64,000 nucleotides of DNA from Candidatus Bathyarchaeota archaeon (lineage in GTDB: Archaea > Thermoproteota > Bathyarchaeia > Bathyarchaeales > Bathycorpusculaceae): the NCBI GenBank assembly GCA_963828195.1, contig CAWHDT010000009.1, positions 32,001 to 96,000 on the forward strand. Reading direction: 5' to 3'. Shown here piece by piece: positions 9,097 to 19,266 of the stretch (its first letter is position 1; each line of letters starts with the position of its first letter). The position numbers and the translations under genes are program-made. The notes under the pieces were generated by a model. It did no database searches. It saw nothing but the letters and a program-made list of their open reading frames with translations, and had not been told where the DNA came from.

Positions 9097-10276
9097 TTTC
9101 CTCTTCCCCCAAAACTTCATCGAGAACTGCTATTGCCTGGTCGATCTGCTCTTTCTTAATCACCAAAGGCGGCAACAACCGAACCACCGTTCTTCCGGCA
9201 TCCAGCACCAAAACGCCTTTTGATAGTGCTTTCAGAATTATGTTGTGCACGTCGAAGCGCAGTTCCATGCCCAGCATTAATCCTAAACCGCGCACTTCCT
9301 TGACGATTTTATGCTTAGCCTGCAAATCTACCAGTTGAGCCTTGAAATACTTCCCTATTGTAGCTGCTTGATCCATGAGTTTCTCTTCCAAAAGTGCATC
9401 TATGGCGGCGCATCCAGCTGCACAAACCAGCGGGCTTCCACTGAAAGTGGTTGAGTGCTCACCAATTTTAAGCGATGACATAATGTTTTCTTTAGCCACC
9501 GTTATGCCGATGGGCAAACCGCCCGCAAATGGCTTCGCCAAACACATCACATCGGGGGTAACGTCCCAGTTTTGGCATCCGAAAAGTTTTCCCGTTCGCC
9601 CGAAACTGGTCTGCACTTCATCAAGCATTAACAGAACATTTTTTTCATCGCAGATTTGACGCACTTCCTGCAAGTAACCGTCAGGTGGAACACGAATGCC
9701 GCCTTCGCCGCGTATGGGCTCCATCAAGACAGCCGCTGTCTTTTCAGTTATCGCTTCTCGGATTTTCTCTGCGTTGTCGGGGACTACATGCTTGAACTCG
9801 GGAACCAGCGGCATGAAAGGCTCGCGGTATTTCTTGTCCCATGTTGCTGATAGTGCCCCCATGGTTTTGCCGTGGAAAGCGCCCATTAAAGCGATTATTT
9901 CTGGTTTACCCGTGTATTTGCGGGCCAGTTTTATGGCGCACTCGACGGATTCGGCGCCGCTGTTTGAAAGAAAAGCTTTGTCTAAGCCTTTCGGCGTAAT
10001 CGACACCAATTTCTGTATGAATTCCGCCCGTTTGTCGTTATAGTAGCCGCTGTGGCAGGTGATAAGTTGTTCCGCTTGAGCTTGGATTGCGGCTACAACT
10101 TTTGGGTGACAGTGCCCCAGCAAAGCTACGCCGTAGCTGCTTGAGCAATCAATGTATTCTCTGCCGTTAATATCCCAAACAACTGCGCCTTTGCCTTTTG
10201 TCAGCACGACTGGTTTTTTGGAGAAAACGTTCGCCATGAACCGATTTTCAATATCCATTACTTCTTTTTCATTCAC
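9065..10276 (-). CDS. lysJ: [LysW]-aminoadipate/glutamate semialdehyde aminotransferase (class III)
   Basis: NSGAES, FHGKTMG, EPIRGEGG, DEVQT, AK motifs; context. Confidence 0.9.
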   Translation of the reverse strand: MNEKEVMDIENRFMANVFSKKPVVLTKGKGAVVWDINGREYIDCSSSYGVALLGHCHPKVVAAIQAQAEQLITCHSGYYNDKRAEFIQKLVSITPKGLDKAFLSNSGAESVECAIKLARKYTGKPEIIALMGAFHGKTMGALSATWDKKYREPFMPLVPEFKHVVPDNAEKIREAITEKTAAVLMEPIRGEGGIRVPPDGYLQEVRQICDEKNVLLMLDEVQTSFGRTGKLFGCQNWDVTPDVMCLAKPFAGGLPIGITVAKENIMSSLKIGEHSTTFSGSPLVCAAGCAAIDALLEEKLMDQAATIGKYFKAQLVDLQAKHKIVKEVRGLGLMLGMELRFDVHNIILKALSKGVLVLDAGRTVVRLLPPLVIKKEQIDQAIAVLDEVLGEEENERASGTISN

Positions 10277-11078
10277 CAGTTATCACTGTACCAACTTTAT
10301 GATTCAAAGCGTGGCTAATGGGCTGATTTCCCGTGCCCGAGGTAACTAAAACCTCTTTGACGCCTTGGTTAAGAGCTTCGAGCGCTGCGTGGACTTTAGT
10401 GCTCATCCCCTGCCCAATGCTTGACATGACCTCTTTGACCTCTGTCGCGGTAATTTTTTGAACACACTCGCCCTTAAGCATTAGACCCGCCACGTCGGTC
10501 AGCAAGATTAACCGGTCTGCTTTGAGAGCACCTGCGATTATCGCGGCTGTTCTATCACCATCAACATTGAGGGGTTCAAAATCTTGGCTAAGCGCTATAG
10601 GCGTCACAATCGGCAAGTAGCCCTTTTCAAGCAAAAGGTTTAGCAGTTCAGAGTTAACCTGAGTTATTTTTCCCGTGTAGCCGCCGTCGATTACTTTTTT
10701 TCTACCCCGTTCATCAATGTGGATAAGTTTGAGTTTTCGTTCAGCCTTTAAGGTTCCAGCATCTAAACCAGTTATGCCGACGGCTTGGATACCTTGACTC
10801 TGCAAAGCAAGAACTATTTGCTTGTTGATTTTGCCCGCCATAACCATCGTGTAAATTTCAATTGTTTCTTTATCGGTGTAGCGGCTTCTGAACCCTTCAG
10901 GAGAAACTATGAATTTCTGCTCTTTACCCAGTTTAGACGCAACTTCAGTGACCTCTACGCCGCCGCCGTGGACCAAAATGACCTTGTTGTTTTTTGCAAC
11001 TTCCTTTAGGTCGGCGACTAAATCTTGGGATGCCCCCTCTTTGAGTATGCTTCCGCCCATCTTGATTACAACTAGCAT
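10269..11078 (-). CDS. lysZ: [LysW]-aminoadipate/glutamate kinase
   Basis: VIKMGGS, VHGGG, DGGYTGKI, NVDGDR. Confidence 0.92.
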   Translation of the reverse strand: MLVVIKMGGSILKEGASQDLVADLKEVAKNNKVILVHGGGVEVTEVASKLGKEQKFIVSPEGFRSRYTDKETIEIYTMVMAGKINKQIVLALQSQGIQAVGITGLDAGTLKAERKLKLIHIDERGRKKVIDGGYTGKITQVNSELLNLLLEKGYLPIVTPIALSQDFEPLNVDGDRTAAIIAGALKADRLILLTDVAGLMLKGECVQKITATEVKEVMSSIGQGMSTKVHAALEALNQGVKEVLVTSGTGNQPISHALNHKVGTVITGE

Positions 11079-11083
11079 AGCTC

Positions 11084-12139
11084 TCACATCGGGTGGAAAC
11101 CCGTACTTTTTAGCCCTGTCGATTCATCGATGCCCATTAAAATGTTGAGGCATTGCACACCTTGCCCAGAAGCCCCCTTGCACATGTTATCCAAAGCAGA
11201 AAAAATCAACAGCCGATTCGCATGCTCATCAATCTCAAACCCTACGTCGCAGAAGTTTGTGCCCAAAGTTACTTTCGGGTCAGGCAGCTGGTACGGTCCC
11301 TTCTGGTACTTCACTAAGCGTATAAACGGTTCATTGCCGTACATTCCGCGAAAAGCTCGCCAAAGATCTTTGTTTTCTAATTTTTGTTTTGGAAAAGTGT
11401 GAATCGTCGCAAGTATGCCGCGAACCATGTTTACAGCGTGCGGAGTAAAAGATATTTTCACTTGCTCGCTAGACAAAGCATCCAGTTCCTGTTCAACCTC
11501 AGCGATGTGACGGTGCCCAACAACCTTGTAGGGGCGCACTCCACTTGACCGCTCAGGGTGATGAGAAGCAAGCGAAGGTGTACTGCCTCCGCCGGAAGAA
11601 CCGACCTTAAGGTCTACAACGATTTTGTCTTTGTCAACAAACCCAGATTTCACTATGGGCGCTAACCCTAAAATGGCGGCTGTTGCCTCGCAGCCTGGAC
11701 AAGCGACAAGTTTTGCGTTTTTGATTTCTTCCCGGTGAAGCTCGGGCAAACCGTAGACTGCGTCTTTAAGCATTTCGGGATGAGCATGTGTCCAGCCGTA
11801 ATAGGTTTCGTAGTCTGTTGGGTTTTTGAGGCGAAAATCAGCGCTCATATCAATAACTTTTAAGCCAGCCTCCAAGAGTTTAGGAACTAGGTTAACTGAG
11901 CCTCCATGCGGGGTTGCAGTGAAGATCAAGTCGCAGTTTTTCTGCAGTTCAGCCATATCTTGGGGCACAAATTTCAGCTGGGTTAATCCACGCAAGTTAG
12001 GATGCACGTTGAATATGTATTCGCCGACGCTTTGGCGTGAAGTAACCATAGTTACTTCTACTTGGGGATGAAGAAGCAGCAGACGCAAAAGTTCGCCGCC
12101 GACATATCCTGAACCGCCGATTATTCCAATTCTCAACAT
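11084..12139 (-). CDS. lysY: [LysW]-aminoadipyl/glutamyl-phosphate reductase (ArgC family)
   Basis: GGSGYVGGE, ACPGC, HPER, HRH, DN..KGASG. Confidence 0.92.
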   Translation of the reverse strand: MLRIGIIGGSGYVGGELLRLLLLHPQVEVTMVTSRQSVGEYIFNVHPNLRGLTQLKFVPQDMAELQKNCDLIFTATPHGGSVNLVPKLLEAGLKVIDMSADFRLKNPTDYETYYGWTHAHPEMLKDAVYGLPELHREEIKNAKLVACPGCEATAAILGLAPIVKSGFVDKDKIVVDLKVGSSGGGSTPSLASHHPERSSGVRPYKVVGHRHIAEVEQELDALSSEQVKISFTPHAVNMVRGILATIHTFPKQKLENKDLWRAFRGMYGNEPFIRLVKYQKGPYQLPDPKVTLGTNFCDVGFEIDEHANRLLIFSALDNMCKGASGQGVQCLNILMGIDESTGLKSTGFHPM

Positions 12140-12158
12140 TTCTATTCACCTTTTATTA

Positions 12159-13343
12159 TTAATGGTCAATTAGGCTTTGAGCACTTTTCAAGAGGGGAAC
12201 AGCCACATTGAGGCCTGTAGCCAGCCGAGTGTTCTCCCAGAATTCTGGGCAAGAATTCGACTCGTGAAACACCAAAGCGCCCTTATTTTTTTCTAAACTT
12301 TCTTCAATTATCTTTTTAACATTTTCGTAATGCTCACTGCTCGCGTAAGCTTGAAACGCCTTTTCCAGTTTACTATTCCAAGCTTGGAAGGAAGTTAAGC
12401 GCGTCTCATCCTGCTTGACTCTTTGAACAGGCAAAAACTCTTTTCCAGCCTTATCAAGTTCACCTTTAACGTAAGCATCATCAACCGATTTGTTCTCTTT
12501 AACATTTACCATGGCGTCTAAAGCGAAAATCCATGCTTCACTGCCTTTGCCTAGGGTCTTGCCACTTTTCACCGCCAACTCCTGAATGCTTCTGGGTAAT
12601 TTGGCGCCGAAAACTAGGTTGCCCAAAAAAGTGTTTGTTCTGAAATCTTTAAAGCCTGCTCTTGCCATCGCGGTCTTGTAGCAGACTGGCTGTTTGCCTT
12701 TTTCCTTGAAAACTATTATTCGTAAATCATAAAACCACTTCTGAACCATTTCCTGCGCAACGACCCCAACAGGGTTAATTATTGAGGGCTTGTCTTCTTG
12801 GATGCTTGCTATGAGTTCTTCCTGGTTTTGTGACAGCATGATCATTTTGCCGTGGGTTCCAGCGTCGGCTTTAATCACTATGCCTTCTGAGAGGGGGATT
12901 TCCTGTTGAAACAGCTCGGCAATGTCTTTCTCATTGTGGATTACCTGACCGTTCTTCAAAGTGTCGGTGGGGTCACATGGAACATAAACGGTTTTGGGAA
13001 TCGGGATGCCTTCTTTCCAAAGATTCAGCAGGGTTCGAAGCTTGCTGTAACAGACAAACTCGATTTGAGAGCTGTTCAACGTTTTTTTGCCCAGTTGCTC
13101 CATCATGTACGAAGCTTGAAGGCGACGGTTTTTGCTTTGCGCCCGATTAAGCACAACTGCTGTGTCTTTGATTATGTTTGTGTAGTCTTTGCCTTTGGTT
13201 TTAGCGCTAAAGCCGTCTTTAGATATGGCTAGGGAGATTTTTCGGAACGGCAGAAACGTCAAATCAATGCCTAATTGCTGAGCCGTTAGTTTTATGCCGT
13301 TTTCGTCGTTTTCAGACCGCTCATACAACAGTGCAATGCTCAT
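12159..13343 (-). CDS. Divergent RimK/LysX-ArgX-type ATP-grasp ligase
   Basis: Between lysW and lysY; NRAQS, GIPIPKT, QEMV, DLR, RTN, ESN..PEF motifs; ~100 aa longer than typical LysX. Confidence 0.75.
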   Translation of the reverse strand: MSIALLYERSENDENGIKLTAQQLGIDLTFLPFRKISLAISKDGFSAKTKGKDYTNIIKDTAVVLNRAQSKNRRLQASYMMEQLGKKTLNSSQIEFVCYSKLRTLLNLWKEGIPIPKTVYVPCDPTDTLKNGQVIHNEKDIAELFQQEIPLSEGIVIKADAGTHGKMIMLSQNQEELIASIQEDKPSIINPVGVVAQEMVQKWFYDLRIIVFKEKGKQPVCYKTAMARAGFKDFRTNTFLGNLVFGAKLPRSIQELAVKSGKTLGKGSEAWIFALDAMVNVKENKSVDDAYVKGELDKAGKEFLPVQRVKQDETRLTSFQAWNSKLEKAFQAYASSEHYENVKKIIEESLEKNKGALVFHESNSCPEFWENTRLATGLNVAVPLLKSAQSLIDH

Positions 13344-13412
13344 CGCTTTCTGCTTCCACCAAAAAAATTAATCAAAAAACTCTTTTAAATAAATCAAGGC
13401 TGACGGGAGTGC

Positions 13413-13589
13413 TTATTCGCCCCAGTCTTCGCCTTCAATGGTTAATTCTTGAAGGTCCACGCAGCCGCCTTTTACTTGTTTAACTTCGAGTTCAAGTCCG
13501 CAGCCTGGGCAGCTTAGGATTTCTCCTTTTTCTGTGTCTGCTGGAACGTCAAGCACTGCGTCACAGTCGGGGCATTTTGCCTTGTTCAT
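13413..13589 (-). CDS. lysW: Amino-group carrier protein LysW
   Basis: CPDC..CPGC zinc ribbon and C-terminal EDWGE. Confidence 0.95.
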   Translation of the reverse strand: MNKAKCPDCDAVLDVPADTEKGEILSCPGCGLELEVKQVKGGCVDLQELTIEGEDWGE

Positions 13590-13796
13590 TGCCTTTGTTT
13601 CTTGAGGGTTTATATTTGCTGGTTTAATCATTTTATTCGTCACTTTATTTGTATTCGGAAATGTCTTTTTCATTAAGTCGAGTTTCTTTTAAACATTTTG
13701 ACTAATTTGTTACAAGTCGGACTGTTAATGTTCCATTTGGTGCAATGTTTAGATTCCGAAAGACCCTTAGAAACTGAAAACGCATAGTAAACGCTT

Positions 13797-13823
13797 GTTC
13801 GCAACGAAATTCGCATTCGAACC
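13797..13823. promoter_or_regulatory. Candidate Lrp/LysM operator
   Basis: Two adjacent TTCG-N3/4-CGAA dyads between divergent lysW and Lrp genes. Confidence 0.35.
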
Positions 13824-13886
13824 CATGATGGTGCAAGGGAAAACGTTAAATTTTTCCAGTATGTAATAGCCAATCGGCGACAAGAA

Positions 13887-14297
13887 ATGGATGAGAAAGA
13901 TAAACACATTATCAAGCTCCTACAAAGTAACGCAAGAGCAGGCTACGGCGAAATCGGCGCGACCATAGGCTTATCTGAAGGAGCTGTACGGAAAAGAATC
14001 AAAACACTTAGCGACGACGGAGTAATACGCAAATTCACAGTAAAAATTGCCGTTGCAGAAGGAGCCCAAGCCATAACTTTACTCGCAACCAACCCCGCCC
14101 AACCAACCCAAGAAGTGTCAAAAAAAATTCAAGTAATCCCAAACGTTGAAACAACATATGAAGTCAGCGGCGAATACGACATCGTCGCAGTCATCAGCGG
14201 ACTGAACATGACCGAAGTCAATGAATGCATAGAGAAAATACGGATGGTTGACGGCATCGTAAAAACCAACACAATGATCGTCCTACGAAGCTCCTGA
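13887..14297 (+). CDS. Lrp/AsnC-family regulator (LysM-like)
   Basis: MDEKDKHII..GLSEGAVRKRI HTH plus RAM domain; divergent from lys cluster. Confidence 0.9.
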   Translation: MDEKDKHIIKLLQSNARAGYGEIGATIGLSEGAVRKRIKTLSDDGVIRKFTVKIAVAEGAQAITLLATNPAQPTQEVSKKIQVIPNVETTYEVSGEYDIVAVISGLNMTEVNECIEKIRMVDGIVKTNTMIVLRSS

Positions 14298-14336
14298 CAA
14301 CCTGTAATCTTGTGCCGTTTCATTATTGCCAGCATT

Positions 14337-16352
14337 CTATTTTTGAGCTAAAACGAAAGCGGTGCGCGCTGGCAGATAGAGGCTGAGCGCATCTTGATTT
14401 TTAGCTCCTGATTTTTGCAGTGAGGTGAAATGGGTTTGATCGGGAACCAGCCTGCCATACCCGCCATATTTCGGTGCATCGCAGTCTAAGACCATAACGT
14501 ATTTGCCGGAAGGGGCAGCAAACTGATAGTCAGTAAAGGACTGCTGAGGATTAAAGTTGAAGGCAAAAATCAGCTCAGCCCTTTTGAAAACGACGATTTT
14601 CTGATTAGAATCTAAATGCAGCAGCTGAGGCGTTGACCCCTCGAGAAGACCCTGCGTCTCGGCTAGCGAAATCATGTCGCGGTCAAACTGAGCTAGCAGA
14701 AAATATTTCAATGAAGGGTCGTCTGCAAGGTGCCACATTCGACGGGCATGCTTAAATGACCAGTTGTTTCCTTCGCGGGGAAAATCTATCCAGTCCGGGT
14801 GCCCGAATTCGTTGCCCATAAAGTTTAGGTAGCCTCGGTCAGCCGTCGCGAGGGTTATCAAACGGATCATCTTGTGCAACGCTATTCCGCGTGCAACTCT
14901 AAAGTTGTCGTCGTCAATGCGCATGTGGTAATACATGTCTTCGCCGATGAGCCGGAAAATAATTGTCTGATCTCCCACTAACGCCTGGTCGTGAGATTCA
15001 ACGTAACTGATTGTTTTCTCGCCAGACCTGCGGTTAATAAGTTCAAACCACAGGTGACCAATGGGCCAATCCTCGTCTTTGAAGTCCTTTGTCAGGCGGA
15101 TCCAGTAATCCGGCACCCCCATTGCAAAACGGTAGTCAAACCCGAATCCCCCTTCTTGCTGTGGAACGGCTAAACCAGGCATCCCGCTGACATCTTCAGC
15201 TACAGTGGCTGCTTCTGGCTTGACATCATGAATGACTTGATTTGCAAGGGCTAAATAGGTTAAGGCGTCTTCATCCACGCCTGCACCGAAGTAATCATTG
15301 TACGAGGTGAATACTCTGTTAAGACCGTGGTCCAAAAACAGCATGCTGGTGACGCCGTCGAAGCGGAAACCGTCAAAATGAAATTCGTCCAGCCAATACC
15401 GACAGTTCGAAAGCAAAAAATGCAGAACCTCAGGTTTGCCGTAATCAAAGACGCGTGACCCCCAAGCTTCATGTTTTCCCCGTGGACCCTTATGAAAATA
15501 TTGATAAGGCGTCCCGTCGAAGCAGCTTAACCCTTCGACCTCGTTCGAGACAGAGTGGGAATGAATAAGATCCATGAAAACGCTGAGACCCTGAGCATGA
15601 GCCGCGTCAATTAGGGCTTTTAAGTCCTCTGGCGTCCCATAGCGTGACGAGGGCGCAAAAAAACTCGACACCTGATACCCAAATGACCCGTAGTAGGGGT
15701 GCTCTTGAATAGCCATCAACTGCACCACATTATAACCCGCTTTGACTATCCGAGGAAGCACGTTGAGGGTAAATTCTTGGAAAGAACCGATTTTTTCTTC
15801 CTCTTGAGCCATTCCCACATGCGCTTCATAAATAAACGGAGCGTCTTTAGGCCGTTTGAAATCGATTTTCCAGCTGTACGGCTTCTGTGGAGACCATACT
15901 TGAGCGTTGAAAATCAGGGTTTTGGGGTCTTGAACAACCCGCCTGGCATAAGCGGGAATGCGGTCGCCTTCTCCCCCTTCCCAATGAATTCGGAGACGAA
16001 ATAAGTCACCATGAGCAAGTGCGTTGGCATTCAAGTGAATTTCCCAGACCCCGTGATTGTTGAGCTTTTTTAGCCCGAATTCTCTTTTCTCCTGCCACTT
16101 GCTCATGTCGCCGATAAGGAAAACCGCTATTGCATTTGGTGCCCACTCGCGGAAAACCCATTCGCCCCTCTGAAAATGTAGTCCGAAATATTCGTGGCCG
16201 GAAGCAAAATCGGCAAGGCTCATTTTTCCCTGAGTGAGACGCTTCTCAGTTTCCTCCGTACGCTTGAGGCGATCTTGAATCTGGCTGGAAAACGGCTCAA
16301 GAAGGGAATCGCTTCTCAGCAGGCGAACCAAACGGTTTTCAACATCACTCAT
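14337..16352 (-). CDS. glgB: 1,4-alpha-glucan branching enzyme (GH13)
   Basis: REWAPNA, IYEAHVGM, QEHPYYGSFGYQV, FDGFRFDGVTSM, AEDVSG, YVESHDQ, NFMGNEFGHP. Confidence 0.92.
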   Translation of the reverse strand: MSDVENRLVRLLRSDSLLEPFSSQIQDRLKRTEETEKRLTQGKMSLADFASGHEYFGLHFQRGEWVFREWAPNAIAVFLIGDMSKWQEKREFGLKKLNNHGVWEIHLNANALAHGDLFRLRIHWEGGEGDRIPAYARRVVQDPKTLIFNAQVWSPQKPYSWKIDFKRPKDAPFIYEAHVGMAQEEEKIGSFQEFTLNVLPRIVKAGYNVVQLMAIQEHPYYGSFGYQVSSFFAPSSRYGTPEDLKALIDAAHAQGLSVFMDLIHSHSVSNEVEGLSCFDGTPYQYFHKGPRGKHEAWGSRVFDYGKPEVLHFLLSNCRYWLDEFHFDGFRFDGVTSMLFLDHGLNRVFTSYNDYFGAGVDEDALTYLALANQVIHDVKPEAATVAEDVSGMPGLAVPQQEGGFGFDYRFAMGVPDYWIRLTKDFKDEDWPIGHLWFELINRRSGEKTISYVESHDQALVGDQTIIFRLIGEDMYYHMRIDDDNFRVARGIALHKMIRLITLATADRGYLNFMGNEFGHPDWIDFPREGNNWSFKHARRMWHLADDPSLKYFLLAQFDRDMISLAETQGLLEGSTPQLLHLDSNQKIVVFKRAELIFAFNFNPQQSFTDYQFAAPSGKYVMVLDCDAPKYGGYGRLVPDQTHFTSLQKSGAKNQDALSLYLPARTAFVLAQK

Positions 16353-16403
16353 AAAAATAACTTATTCCGATTAAACATATAAATAATTTAATTCTATTTG
16401 GGA

Positions 16404-16447
16404 GAAGAAGAACAACGGTTGTTTCCCACGTGTTGTTGTTCTTCTTT
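16404..16447. repeat. Partial copy (hairpin 4 only) of the dispersed element
   Basis: GAAGAAGAACAAC-loop-GTTGTTGTTCTTCTT. Confidence 0.7.
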
Positions 16448-16526
16448 CAATTGAAGATTATTGCCTCTGGATCGAAAAATCGATGCATGCAGCTTTGGGC
16501 GATCATTTGCCGCCTTTCCCCGGAAG

Positions 16527-16783
16527 GTAGAACTTAAATTTTCATGGTTGGCGCGCAACAGTCACATAGTCTTAAGAGTTATCTTGTTTTTTCTTTTTTG
16601 TTTCTCCTTGAGTGTGGAGGTGAATGTTTTGTCAAAGAATACGCGTTCTTCGGAAAATATGGAGCCCAAAACGACTTCCGACGGCAAATACCTCTGTGAA
16701 GCGGACAACAAAAAATTCAGCACAAAAGAAGACTACACTAAGCATTGCTCAGAAGCGCACACGAAAAGCAGAGAAAATAAAGC
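16527..16783 (+). repeat. ~255-bp duplication of 43305-43558 (promoter plus zinc-finger gene)
   Basis: Near-identical sequence from GGTAGAACTTAAATTTTCATGGTTGG to GAAAATAAAGCA. Confidence 0.9.
16543..16566 (+). promoter_or_regulatory. 24-bp dyad regulon site (degenerate left half)
   Basis: CATGGTTG-N8-CAGTCACA-tagtc-TTAAGA. Confidence 0.55.
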
Positions 16784-16832
16784 ATTTCATGCAAAAAGAC
16801 GCATCACCCGGAAGCAATTAGTTTTAAATTAA
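16629..16832 (+). CDS. Small variant C2H2-like zinc-finger protein, copy 1 (altered C-terminus)
   Basis: GGAGGTG RBS, TTG start; YLCEADNKKFSTKEDYTKHCSEAH. Confidence 0.6.
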   Translation: MSKNTRSSENMEPKTTSDGKYLCEADNKKFSTKEDYTKHCSEAHTKSRENKAFHAKRRITRKQLVLN

Positions 16833-17697
16833 ATTATTTTATCGAGAATTAGCCCAAACATCAAACACGCTAAATAGGGCATTGAGGCAAGAAACACTTT
16901 GAACCCGGAAATTTCGGAAGCTTTAGCGAGTAATCCGCGATTTTGAAAAAGAAAAACAATTCCCGCCGTCAAAGCAACAACTAGGTAAATCGGGCCTGTA
17001 AGGTGCATCAGCGGAAACAAAAATGAGGACGCAACCGTCAAAACATTAAGTCCGAAAACGATCTGTGAAGCCCTAGTTATGCCTACGGTAACTGGCAGCA
17101 TGGGGATCCCGGCGGCTTTGTATTCATTCATTTTTTTTATGGCGAGCCCCCAAAGATGTCCTGGCGTCCACAGAAAACCCACCATAGCCACAAGCAGCGG
17201 CAGTAAACTAACCGTGTTCACGGCAGCTGTCCATCCTGAAAGAGCCGCAAAACAGCCAGCAAAACCGCCTATGACAACGTTCCAAGGGCTAATGCGCTTG
17301 AGCCAAACCGTGTAAACAATCAGGTAAAAGGCTGCGCCTAAGCCAATCATGTAGGCGGTTAACGGGTTAAAGAATAAGAGTGATAAGCCAAAACTTACAG
17401 CAAGCATAGCTACTCCAAAAGCTATTGCCCTATTGGCAGCCACGTATCCAGCAGGAATTGCTCTTTTTGAAGTTCGAGTCATCATCCTGTCAATGTCTTG
17501 GTCATAGGCACTGTTTAAAACGCCGCAACCGCCCGCCGCTAAGTAACCCACAACAGAAAATAGAGCTATTTTAAACCAGCTGATCGCGGGGAACGCTGCC
17601 AAAACAAAACAGGCAACACCTACAAGCAAGTTCAGCAACGTAACTTTAGGTTTGGTTAACTCTAAATAATAGCCAATTTTTGCTATAATTTCGCCAT
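16829..17697 (-). CDS. cyoE: Protoheme IX farnesyltransferase (heme O synthase); start ATG appears 1 nt out of frame
   Basis: LELTKPKV, N..YDQDIDRMMTRTSKR.IP.G, YT.WLKR, WTP.H, EYKAAGIPMLP. Confidence 0.85.
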
Positions 17698-17712
17698 TGA
17701 TTCGCTTGATTT

Positions 17713-18210
17713 TTATCCACCCGTTATTACTACTGAACCATACATGCCACTTTCAGCGTGACCTGGAACAGGACAAATATAATACATCGAACCCGCAGTG
17801 TTGGGCGCAAAAATCACCGATCCCTGTTGCCCGGGCGGAAGCGGATTTGACGCTGAACCAATTTCCGCGCCGAAGAGCACTTTAGCGCCTGTTTTAGCTG
17901 CATTGGTTACTGCAAAAGCGTGAGGCATCTTCCCCACATTAATCACTGTTACGTTCACGATATCTGTAGTTTTGAATGTGAGAGTGGGTCCAGGCGAAGT
18001 TAAAGTGATTGATGAGTTGCCAAATCCATATGTGCTGCCTGTTATTTCCCCCTCATAAAGAACTATGTTTACTGTCGGTGTCTTGCCCGAAACGTTTGAA
18101 ACAGGCGTTAAGGGGGGTTGAATGTTGAATACAAGCACAACCATGGTTGCACAATAGAAGCTTGCCGCAAGCAAGATCACTGCGATAAGGGGTAAGTATG
18201 ATTTGCGCAT
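17713..18210 (-). CDS. Membrane-anchored blue copper protein (rusticyanin/sulfocyanin-like cupredoxin)
   Basis: N-terminal TM; H..YYICPVPGHAESGM type 1 copper ligands. Confidence 0.85.
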   Translation of the reverse strand: MRKSYLPLIAVILLAASFYCATMVVLVFNIQPPLTPVSNVSGKTPTVNIVLYEGEITGSTYGFGNSSITLTSPGPTLTFKTTDIVNVTVINVGKMPHAFAVTNAAKTGAKVLFGAEIGSASNPLPPGQQGSVIFAPNTAGSMYYICPVPGHAESGMYGSVVITGG

Positions 18211-18214
18211 TCTG

Positions 18215-18484
18215 TTACATCCCCATAACGATTGTCAGGGCAGCCGAAACCGCTAGAAAAACAATGCCTACAACAGCTGCTAAGGGCAAAGCAGCAAGCC
18301 TGATTCCTTCATAACGCAGATGCTGATAGTACAATGCTATAGCAACGGCTTTTCCTGCAGCAATCAAGCCAATGATTGAAACAATCAAAGATGCTTCTCC
18401 GGGCAGCGATCGGACTACAACTTCCATTACTGTCGCTATGACCAGTCCCAGCCAGATTCCGATGTAAAGTTTAATTCCGGGCAT
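18215..18484 (-). CDS. Heme-copper oxidase subunit IV-like
   Basis: 3 TMs with KA..IALYYQHLRYE motif; start MPGIK. Confidence 0.75.
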   Translation of the reverse strand: MPGIKLYIGIWLGLVIATVMEVVVRSLPGEASLIVSIIGLIAAGKAVAIALYYQHLRYEGIRLAALPLAAVVGIVFLAVSAALTIVMGM

Positions 18485-18492
18485 TTTTTCAC

Positions 18493-19266
18493 CTAAATTA
18501 AATAGAAAAGCGGGAAGAGAATCATCCAAACGATATCTACGAAGTGCCAGTACAAGCCGACGTTCTCGACGGCAACGTGGTTTGAGCTGGTGAATCCACC
18601 TCTGTTCGCTCTGAACATAAGGTATCCGACCGCCACCAATCCAACCGCAACATGAGCCGCATGGAGACCTGTTAACACAAAGTAGCTGGATGCTGGTAAC
18701 CCGCTGTTTATGGTGAAGCCGTTGCGGTAAAGGGTGGGCCATTCAATTCCAAGCTTGATTGCAAGGAAGGCTGCGCCTAATGCAAATGTGCCGCCTAAAC
18801 AGATTTTCAACGCTTTCACGTTGCCTAGCCGTATGTAGTAAAGACCTAGAATCATAGCCAGGCTGCTTGTTAGAAGGATAATCGTGTTTGTCATTCCTAT
18901 GTAGACGTTATGTGTTTGCGTTGCTACAGGCCATGACCCGCTGCTTACTCGAACGTACAGATAAGCGACGATAAGTGATCCGAAAATCAAGATCTCTGAT
19001 GCGAGAAAAATCCATAACCCCAGTTTCTCCTTACTTACTGATTCAAGCGGGTACTTCTCTTCTTCGGCTTGCTTGTGCTGGGCAAATTTTTCTGAAGCGC
19101 CATCTTTGAACACTTTGAATAGCGCCGCTCCAATGATAATTAAGCCAGCTATGATGAGCGGAACATAAATTACAATTCCCAAAAATAAAACTGCGATTCC
19201 AGCCGAAAGCATCAGCGGTACATAGGTAGTTTTGTTTTCTTCAGTACGTGTTTCTTCATCTTTCAT
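18493..19266 (-). CDS. coxC: Heme-copper oxidase subunit III
   Basis: [37 protein letters not shown]. Confidence 0.92.
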   Translation of the reverse strand: MKDEETRTEENKTTYVPLMLSAGIAVLFLGIVIYVPLIIAGLIIIGAALFKVFKDGASEKFAQHKQAEEEKYPLESVSKEKLGLWIFLASEILIFGSLIVAYLYVRVSSGSWPVATQTHNVYIGMTNTIILLTSSLAMILGLYYIRLGNVKALKICLGGTFALGAAFLAIKLGIEWPTLYRNGFTINSGLPASSYFVLTGLHAAHVAVGLVAVGYLMFRANRGGFTSSNHVAVENVGLYWHFVDIVWMILFPLFYLI

